DNA of 33,108 nt from a virus (lineage: Duplodnaviria; Caudoviricetes), in IMG/VR virus record IMGVR_UViG_3300048851_000172, positions 1 to 33,108 of that record; one strand, 5' to 3'. Shown in pieces: positions 26,875-33,108 of this stretch. The position numbers and the translations under genes are program-made. Positions within the stretch are counted from its first letter, which is position 1, and each line of letters begins with the position of its first letter. The notes below the pieces were generated by a model, which saw only the letters and a list, made by a program, of their open reading frames with translations, ran no database searches and was not told where the DNA came from.

Positions 26875-27621
26875 ATGGCCGGTGGTACTCTTATCGCTTC
26901 TGCGGGTTCGCCCGTCCTTGTCCAGCCTCGCGCGACGGTTCCGCCGTCGCTCAACAGCAAATATCGTGGCCTGTACGGCGGCGATTTGGAGCTGTCCAAG
27001 CGCAACCTTTTTGTCCCGGCCGCCCTGGGTGGGATTGTCGGCCCTCCGGCGGCAAACGCTCGCTCGCTGCTGATGTCCGGCACGGCGGGCTGCGTCGATA
27101 GCGCGGTCGCCGAAGCAGACAACATGACGTGGTTTGTTGTGCTTAAAACCGCTGCGACGTTCCTGTCCGGGGCGCAGCCTGGGTTCATGGGCAACATCAT
27201 CACCGCCACTTCTGGTGTGGCCCTCTACATCGCCGGCACATCGACAGCGGCTCCGGCGGGCAACATCCGCGCTGGCGGTATTTACAGCGTGGCGGGTGTG
27301 CCGACCTTGAAGGTCGCCAGCATGACGATCGCCGATCTCTCGGCCTACAATCTGCTGGCGGTTGTGTTCGAAGCCGGAGTTGGCGTGCGGATCTACAACC
27401 TAACGACGAATCAGGCGGTTGCTTCTGTCGCGGCGACCGACGCCCGCATTAAGAATGCGGCATCGACCATCCGTGTCGGGTCTTCCTTGAATCTCGGCGG
27501 CACAGCGACCAACGAGATCGCCCTCAGCGATATCCATCATGAGGCATTCAGCGAGAACCGGATCAACGAGATCGGCGCGAAGATCAGGCTTCAGATGGCG
27601 GCGCGCGGCATCACGGTATGA
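26875..27621 (+). CDS. Hypothetical beta-rich protein, possibly concanavalin A/LamG-like
   Basis: AGGA RBS; MTWFVVLK, YNLLAVVF, IRVGS, IALSDIHHEAFSE pattern reminiscent of LamG jelly-rolls. Confidence 0.5.
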   Translation: MAGGTLIASAGSPVLVQPRATVPPSLNSKYRGLYGGDLELSKRNLFVPAALGGIVGPPAANARSLLMSGTAGCVDSAVAEADNMTWFVVLKTAATFLSGAQPGFMGNIITATSGVALYIAGTSTAAPAGNIRAGGIYSVAGVPTLKVASMTIADLSAYNLLAVVFEAGVGVRIYNLTTNQAVASVAATDARIKNAASTIRVGSSLNLGGTATNEIALSDIHHEAFSENRINEIGAKIRLQMAARGITV

Positions 27622-27672
27622 GCGCCCTCCGTATCATCCGCTACAGGGCCAATGTGCGAGGTGGAGGCCGCC

Positions 27673-28098
27673 ATGCCTGACGAGAAAGAACCTAAAAAAT
27701 GGTGGGAAGACATCATCGGCATTCTGCCGCTCGCGGCAGGGGTGATCGCTGTTGTCCTCTATGTATCCAGCATCCAAAGCGATTCCCGCATCCTCGCTGC
27801 CGCCATGCAGAGCGACACCAAGGCGGTGCTGGTGAAGCTGGGCGATCTGCAAGGCAGCCTGGTCAGCATTCGCACGCAGACCGATACGCTGCCGCGCTTG
27901 TCGGCCGATGTGCTCAATTTGGAGCGGCGCATTACGTCGCTCGAAAATGGACACAACACCCAGGATGACAGGCTGTCGAAAACCGGCGACGCCATGGGGC
28001 TGATGCGGAACGACATCAGCGATCTGCGGGGCGAGCTGCGGTCGGTGACCAATGCCAGCCGCATGCCGCTGACCCCAACAGGGAGGCCCGGCCGATGA
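27673..28098 (+). CDS. Single-TM coiled-coil protein (i-spanin or holin-like)
   Basis: GGAGG RBS; TM IIGILPLAAGVIAVVLYV followed by heptad-like helices. Confidence 0.55.
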   Translation: MPDEKEPKKWWEDIIGILPLAAGVIAVVLYVSSIQSDSRILAAAMQSDTKAVLVKLGDLQGSLVSIRTQTDTLPRLSADVLNLERRITSLENGHNTQDDRLSKTGDAMGLMRNDISDLRGELRSVTNASRMPLTPTGRPGR

Positions 28099-28370
28099 TC
28101 CGCTGGGCTGTCCTGCTGCTTCTGCTGACTGGCTGTGCGGTGGAGGTGGAGCCTGTTGCGGTGCCGCAGCCGCCGGCGATTGTTATTCCGGACAGCCTGA
28201 CCCGCTGTCCGGGAGGTGCGCCGGCCCTGGTGCCACCGCCAGCGCCCCGAACGCCGGATCAGATCGCCCGCTGGGGAATCGGTACAGAAACAGCCCGGCA
28301 GAAGACAGAAGCGGCGCGGCGCGAGTGCGAGCGCCGGCTGCGTGCCCTGGGCGATCTGATCCGCGCCTGA
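28095..28370 (+). CDS. Proline-rich lipoprotein, Rz1/o-spanin-like
   Basis: Signal peptide MIRWAVLLLLLTG-C (lipobox), Pro-rich, two further Cys; ATGA overlap with the upstream gene. Confidence 0.65.
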   Translation: MIRWAVLLLLLTGCAVEVEPVAVPQPPAIVIPDSLTRCPGGAPALVPPPAPRTPDQIARWGIGTETARQKTEAARRECERRLRALGDLIRA

Positions 28371-28417
28371 CCGTCGCCGGGACGGGATCCCGGCACCTCT
28401 GACAATCTGGAGATATC

Positions 28418-28882
28418 ATGGAAACGGTTGACCTCTGGGTCACGCGCGCTGTGGCCGCGTGGCCGCTGATCGTCATCTTGGCTGGCCTGATCTATCCTTT
28501 TCTTCCGGGTCCGGTGCGGGCGTGGTTGCTGGCCGCGAAAGCGAAGGCGGCCAGCGATACGCACGTCAATGACACGGCGCTGCTTTTGGGAACGCTTTGG
28601 CGCGGCTACCAAGCGGCGCGGCTAACGGGCGCCACCACCCAGACCGCGATGTCCGCGGCACTGGTCTATGTCGGCAATAATCGCCCCGACCTGGTCGGGA
28701 AGCTGAGCGCTACGCCGGTCGTAATGGTGGAGATGCTGAGCGCGGCCGTGAAGGATCACGATGATGCGCGGGCAGCCGGCCTGGCGGTGATGACGGAGGC
28801 CAAAGCGGCACTCGGCAATGCCGCGCAGATCCTGCAAAGCGCACGGGCGATCGGCGACCTGACCGTGGCCAAGCGCATATGA
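28418..28882 (+). CDS. Hypothetical membrane protein, holin candidate
   Basis: GGAG RBS; N-terminal hydrophobic segment; coupled to the endolysin by ATGA. Confidence 0.5.
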   Translation: METVDLWVTRAVAAWPLIVILAGLIYPFLPGPVRAWLLAAKAKAASDTHVNDTALLLGTLWRGYQAARLTGATTQTAMSAALVYVGNNRPDLVGKLSATPVVMVEMLSAAVKDHDDARAAGLAVMTEAKAALGNAAQILQSARAIGDLTVAKRI

Positions 28883-29892
28883 CGCTCCTGGCCCGCCTTT
28901 CCGTCTTTCTGGGTCTGCGGCAGGAGGCCCTTGCGGAGCCGATCGCACCGCCGCTGTTCCAGGCCGCGCCAATGCCGGTGCATGCCATCGGCGATGCCGG
29001 CCGGGATGGGGCGATAAGCCCCCTGCCCGGCCGGCCTGACCCATCCCTCGCGATTCCCGCCCTTCCCAAACCTGCCGAGGATTTCATGCTGTCATTCGCC
29101 GGCGCCGCGCGCCCGCTGTCTCAGATCGATTTTATCTGGGCGGCGGCGGCCCTCCGCTGCGACGTCGCGGCCGTCCAGGCGGTCCGCATCGTCGAGGCGG
29201 GCGCCGCCGGCGGCTTCCTCGCCGATGGCTCCGGTCGGCCAGCCATCCTCTATGAGGCGCACCGCTTCGCGAAAGAAACGGGCGGCCGTTTCAGCGCCAG
29301 CCATCCGGCCATCTCAGTCCCAGCCTGGGACCGCACCCTCTACAAGGGCGGCGCGCTGGAATACCCGCGCCTGGCCGCAGCGCTGGCCCTGGATCGCGTT
29401 GGCGCGCTGCGGGCCACCAGCTGGGGCCTGTTCCAGATCCTTGGCGCTAACCATCTGGCTGCCGGCTACCTGGACGTGGAAAGCTATGTGCAGGCGATGA
29501 CGGCCAGCGAGGGCGCGCACCTCGACGCCTTCGTGTCCTTCTGCCGCACCCATGCGCTGGATATCCATCTGCAGGCGCAGAACTGGCCCGGCTTCGCGCG
29601 GGGCTATAATGGCACAGCCTATGCGCTGAACCGGTACGATACCAAGCTGGCGGAAGCCTATGCCATGGCGAAGGGCAAGGCGGTGCCGCTGCCCAAGGCA
29701 CTGCGGATCGGCGCGACGGGCCAAGCCGTGCGGGATCTTCAGCGCGGTCTGATCAAGGCCGGCTACAAGGTGACGGCTGACGGGATCTTCAGCCGGGCTA
29801 CCGAAATCGCGGTGGAACAGTTCCAGGAAGCCAAGGGGCTGCTGGCGGATGGCGTGGTGGGTCCGGTGACGGGGTCCGCCCTGGGTATATGA
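28879..29892 (+). CDS. Endolysin: N-acetylmuramidase (DUF3380) plus C-terminal PG_binding_1
   Basis: AV..VEAG, P.ILYEAHRF, ATSWGLFQILG.N, FARGYNG..Y..N.YD.KL; LRIG..G.AVRDLQ...DGIF...T..AV..FQ...GL.ADGVVGP.T. Confidence 0.95.
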   Translation: MTLLARLSVFLGLRQEALAEPIAPPLFQAAPMPVHAIGDAGRDGAISPLPGRPDPSLAIPALPKPAEDFMLSFAGAARPLSQIDFIWAAAALRCDVAAVQAVRIVEAGAAGGFLADGSGRPAILYEAHRFAKETGGRFSASHPAISVPAWDRTLYKGGALEYPRLAAALALDRVGALRATSWGLFQILGANHLAAGYLDVESYVQAMTASEGAHLDAFVSFCRTHALDIHLQAQNWPGFARGYNGTAYALNRYDTKLAEAYAMAKGKAVPLPKALRIGATGQAVRDLQRGLIKAGYKVTADGIFSRATEIAVEQFQEAKGLLADGVVGPVTGSALGI

Positions 29893-30033
29893 GCGGCGCC
29901 GCAGATCGTCGTGACGCCGACAGAAGACCCGCCGGCGGATGAGCGGGCGCCCTGAATCTATGCCCTTTCCTTAAGCGTGGCCGGCGGGGCAATGTGGGTT
30001 CAGGCGATCGGCTGGCGCTTGGTGGGATATCAC

Positions 30034-30561
30034 ATGGCAGAACTCGCAACGGCGCTCTGGGTGGCTGCTTTGGCTCTTGCTGGTAAGGTCGCGTTTGACG
30101 CGTTCCAGCGGTTCGAGGTGCGGAGGTCCGTCGCCTCTGCTCTGGCTGGCGAGATTCACACCTATCTGCACTTCCTGGACCCGCCGGTGCTCGGCCCCGC
30201 ATATCGCGCGAAGGCGGAACTGCCTCGGGAGGATCGCATCAGCTGGCTGAAGTCTCTGCCTGTCCTTCCGTCATCACACCCGGTTTTCGATAAGGTGGCA
30301 GACAAGATCGGATCGCTCCCTGCCGGAATGGCAGGAGGGGTCGCTCGGGTTTACAACGTGGTGACGGGCGGCCGACTCCTGCTGACCAGCCTATCTACGC
30401 CAGGCTTTATCGAAGCCCCGGATCATCTGCAGATTGAACGTATTGAAACAATCTGGTTGCTAATTGACAAGCAAACCAAAGTCTTTACCGACACTATTGA
30501 GCAGCTTGAGGCTGTTTCTCAGCAATCGTTCCTTTGCTACCTGTGCGGCTGCAAGCCATAG
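30034..30561 (+). CDS. Hypothetical protein with N-terminal hydrophobic segment (moron-like)
   Basis: ORF downstream of the lysis cassette; N-terminal TM then VASALAGEI; start uncertain (29977/29992/30034). Confidence 0.6.
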   Translation: MAELATALWVAALALAGKVAFDAFQRFEVRRSVASALAGEIHTYLHFLDPPVLGPAYRAKAELPREDRISWLKSLPVLPSSHPVFDKVADKIGSLPAGMAGGVARVYNVVTGGRLLLTSLSTPGFIEAPDHLQIERIETIWLLIDKQTKVFTDTIEQLEAVSQQSFLCYLCGCKP

Positions 30562-30568
30562 TACTTGT

Positions 30569-30796
30569 TTATCTGAACACTTCCGCTGCTGGGTTTCTCT
30601 GTCCGCAGGCCGAGCACCGTATCCGCTCCAGCAGTTCCCAGAGCCGGCGATTGCTATTCACGCTGCCGGCGGCAGCCCATTCCACGACCCGCCGGGTATC
30701 GGTGCGAGCGCAGCCCCGGCATGTCACGGCTAGGCGCAGATCTCGGCGATGCCAGATCGGATCAGCCGGGCAAGGCCGGCCCATGTTCGCGGCCAT
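30569..30796 (-). CDS. Small CxxC...CxxC zinc-ribbon protein
   Basis: LAVTCRGC...RIRCSACG; AAGGA upstream of ATG 30796. Confidence 0.65.
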   Translation of the reverse strand: MAANMGRPCPADPIWHRRDLRLAVTCRGCARTDTRRVVEWAAAGSVNSNRRLWELLERIRCSACGQRNPAAEVFR

Positions 30797-31040
30797 GGCC
30801 CGCATTCCTTGTCGGCGATGATTGTGCCTTGCGCGGTACGGCTGGCGGCAGATGGCGCGCGTAAACAGCGTCCATCTCAGCGGAGAGCGCGCGTATCCAG
30901 ACGGCGACCGGCTCTGGAATAATTTCGGCGCCACAGGACCACTTGCGCATCTTCAAGGGCGTGATGCCTAGCAGGTGGGCCACTTTCCATTGCGGCCAGC
31001 GCAGCGTCTCCAGGCATAGCCGGAACTGCCCGCTGGTCAT
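30762..31040 (-). CDS. Small XRE-like HTH protein
   Basis: MTSGQFRLCLETLRWPQWKVAHLLGI....MRKWSCG...IPEPVAVW pattern. Confidence 0.7.
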   Translation of the reverse strand: MTSGQFRLCLETLRWPQWKVAHLLGITPLKMRKWSCGAEIIPEPVAVWIRALSAEMDAVYARHLPPAVPRKAQSSPTRNAGHGREHGPALPG

Positions 31041-31443
31041 TGGATCGTCAGCGCGAGGGCTATGAGGGAGGGGGAGGATCGGGGCATGCGGCCACGCTAC
31101 CACCATGAACGGAAAGAGAACAAGTAGCCCTATCCAGGCCAACCGGCCCGATGGTCCCTCTTCCGCTCGCGATAAACCCTATTATCGCGGGTGAGGCAGA
31201 TAACTGGGCCGTCAGCCCTTCGGTTTGCCCTTCTAGACATCCGGCACCGGTAGGTCACCATGATCCAGCCAGCCGTCGATGAGGCGAATATGGCTTTCCC
31301 AATGCCCGTGCATCGTGCCGTTCATCGGGCAGGCAGGCGTGAGCAGGCGGTTATGGATGCCAGATGAGCGGACGGTCGCGCCCCTATAGGACCAGACCGT
31401 CCAGCCATCTCTGGTGTTGATCAGGCAGGTTCGTGGTGCGGGA

Positions 31444-32001
31444 TCAGATCGGGCATGCCGCCATATCAGCTAACCCCCACTTCTCGGCCAGCATCTGGCG
31501 CTTGGCCGTCGCCGAGGCGGTGTCCCTTGCCCTGCTCATTCCCTCAAAAGCCTTCTTTTTCACTGTAGAGACTATGGCTGACCGGCTGCCGGTATCGCTG
31601 GCCCAGCGCCCGGGTGTTGCGAACAGATAGGCGCTGGTCCACTGGCACCAGCGGCCGGCCACCGTCACGCCGCGGCGGACATGGCCCATGATGCCGGCGG
31701 CCTCGATGCGGGCGATGGCGGCTTGCACCGTCGAGCGGGCCATGCTGCACCAGGTCGCAACCTGAGACAACGCCGGGTCATGCACGCCATGGCGGGACAT
31801 GCCCCGGTAGAGAATGGCCCAGAGCACAGAGACGCCGGTGCGGCGAAGGCAGCCGCCATGCAGGCCGGGCTGGTGGCTGTGGCGCTCCAGATGGCGGGCC
31901 GCTTCCATGATGCGCAGGCGGTCGGCGTGGCCTAGGCGTTGGCGCTGCCAGAGTGCAACGCGCACTGATCCCTTGCGAGCCGAATGTGATGATGCAGGCA
32001 T
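31444..32001 (-). CDS. Winged-HTH replication initiator-like protein
   Basis: GGAGG RBS before ATG 32001; DPALSQVATWCSMARSTVQAAIARIEAAG HTH followed by QWTSAY; divergent from parA. Confidence 0.65.
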   Translation of the reverse strand: MPASSHSARKGSVRVALWQRQRLGHADRLRIMEAARHLERHSHQPGLHGGCLRRTGVSVLWAILYRGMSRHGVHDPALSQVATWCSMARSTVQAAIARIEAAGIMGHVRRGVTVAGRWCQWTSAYLFATPGRWASDTGSRSAIVSTVKKKAFEGMSRARDTASATAKRQMLAEKWGLADMAACPI

Positions 32002-32051
32002 GACCCCTCCCCCGGTCCGCCGGCAAGACGCAGATTTCCCTCCGCAAATTC

Positions 32052-32080
32052 TTGCGGCTTTCAAGCGGCCGGCCTATCCT
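32052..32080 (+). promoter_or_regulatory. Sigma70-type promoter for the putative antisense RNA
   Basis: TTGCGG (32052-32057), 17 nt spacer, TATCCT (32075-32080). Confidence 0.6.
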
Positions 32081-32086
32081 GAGGTT

Positions 32087-32166
32087 CTCACGCCGGCCAG
32101 GATGCTTCGGCTATTGGTCTTGAAACGGGTCGTTCTGGCAGTCTGCTGGGGCGGCCCTTTTCTTTT
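32087..32166 (+). ncRNA. Putative counter-transcribed RNA (about 80 nt) antisense to the rep leader
   Basis: Promoter upstream; hairpin 1 with a C(UUCG)G tetraloop; hairpin 2 is a terminator. Confidence 0.6.
32127..32166 (+). terminator. Rho-independent terminator
   Basis: 14-bp stem GGGUCGUUCUGGCA / UGCUGGGGCGGCCC (five G-U pairs), loop GUC, tail UUUUCUUUU. Confidence 0.75.
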
Positions 32167-32248
32167 CCAGCCACGGGAATCGTGACAGGCACTCAGCATG
32201 CCAAGAGTGTCTTCCCTTGGCAATAAATCGTTTTAGAACAGCCACATA

Positions 32249-32425
32249 TGCCAACTTCCAAGCATGCTGGCTCGCAAGTCACATAGTTTTCAAGCTAGCC
32301 TGCCCGCTCCGTGGTTTGCAGGCAGGCGAGCATGCGCGCAAGCAGACTTGCTTGCTTTGTAGCACGTTAGCGAGCTTGCAAGTTGGCAAGTTGGCAAGCA
32401 AGCAAGTTGGCATGTTGGCAAATCA
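32249..32425. repeat. Degenerate 4/8-bp periodic repeat tract (GCAAGTTG, GCAAGC, GCTTGC, GCATG); candidate centromere/par operator
   Basis: For example ttGCAAGTTGGCAAGTTGGCAAGCAAGCAAGTTGGCATGTTGGCAA directly upstream of parA. Confidence 0.7.
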
Positions 32426-32484
32426 CATAAATACTGGACATGAACACACGCCCCCGCCATGCTTGCGCCTGGACAGGGGGCATC

Positions 32485-33108
32485 ATGCAGATCATCACTA
32501 TGGCTAGCCGGAAAGGCGGTGCTGGCAAGACCACGCTCACCTGCCATTTGGCGGTAGAGGCTGAGCGATGCGGGCATGGCCCGGTCGCGATCATTGATAC
32601 CGATGATATGGCAGGCCTGACGAAGTGGTGGCATGTCCGATCCGCAGAAACGCCGGTCCTGGCGACCGTCGAGGGCGGAATGACTGCGACGTTGGCGGGT
32701 TTGAAGGAGGCCGGTTTCATGCTGGTGATCGTTGATACGCCTCCAGCCCTCACCCAAAACGTTACCGACGCTGTCATCGCAGCCGATCTAGTACTGATCC
32801 CCGTGCAGCCAAGCCCAGACGATCTACGGGCCGTGGGCGAAACCGTATCGCTCGTTCAGCAGGCGAAGAAACCGACCGCATTCGCTTTGAACCGGGTGAA
32901 GAAGCGCACTCGTCTTACGGCTGAGGCGGCCGTAGCGCTCAGCCAGTACGGCGCCATCGCTCCTTCCATGGTGCATGATAGAACCGACTATGCTGGTGCT
33001 AAGACAGGCGGGCTAACCGCGCCAGAGTTGGACCCAAGTGGGCCGGCGGCGGGGGAGATCGCAGCGCTCTGGGCCTACGTAGTTAGCCGGCTGGGGGCGC
33101 CTCGATGA
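32485..33108 (+). CDS. parA: Short ParA family partition ATPase (no N-terminal HTH, type Ib-like)
   Basis: IITMASRKGGAGKTT deviant Walker A, IIDTD, VIVDTPP, ADLVLIPVQPS..DL; AGGGGG RBS; ends in ATGA, suggesting a coupled downstream gene. Confidence 0.93.
   Translation: MQIITMASRKGGAGKTTLTCHLAVEAERCGHGPVAIIDTDDMAGLTKWWHVRSAETPVLATVEGGMTATLAGLKEAGFMLVIVDTPPALTQNVTDAVIAADLVLIPVQPSPDDLRAVGETVSLVQQAKKPTAFALNRVKKRTRLTAEAAVALSQYGAIAPSMVHDRTDYAGAKTGGLTAPELDPSGPAAGEIAALWAYVVSRLGAPR

Larger units (their letters stand above)
1..29892 (+). mobile_element. Temperate phage late region: lambda-like head, Mu-like contractile tail, lysis cassette (left boundary outside the window)
   Basis: Co-oriented, tightly coupled genes in canonical order: terminase-gpW-portal-protease-D-E-connectors-sheath-tube-chaperone-TMP-baseplate-fibre-lysis. 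Confidence 0.95.

Noticed and set aside
22671-27621. Diversity-generating retroelement or invertible tail-fibre switch
   Set aside because: No reverse transcriptase or invertase ORF, and I saw no template/variable repeat pair or inverted fibre cassette (by-eye check only)
32217-32777. ORFs with LASKQVG/ACQLANL-type repeats across the rep-parA gap
   Set aside because: Translations of the non-coding tetramer repeat tract and the antisense of parA

Overview
High-GC window, probably alphaproteobacterial (inferred from gene families and promoter style). It holds the late (morphogenesis and lysis) region of a temperate phage on the + strand. A lambda-type packaging/head module (terminase small-subunit end, GpA-type large terminase, gpW, lambda-family portal, S49 protease, acidic scaffold-like protein, decoration protein D, capsid E) is joined to a Mu-type contractile tail (sheath, tube, chaperone with a hidden -1 frameshift extension, tape measure with lysozyme domain, split DNA-circulation protein, gpP/45/46/47/48 baseplate, fibre genes, an SGNH-esterase-like protein) and a lysis cassette. 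Four reverse-strand, visibly lower-GC accessory insertions (morons) interrupt the structural operon. The most striking lies between the D and E genes: a lipoprotein gene split by a G10 tract (intact at G9) whose motif order resembles the bacterial gasdermin pore-forming fold. The right end is a compact plasmid-type module: an HTH Rep-like gene, a predicted counter-transcribed antisense RNA, a repeat-rich centromere-like tract and a short ParA. The element may therefore be a phage-plasmid. All family assignments come from recognising motifs and synteny by eye; no searches were run.
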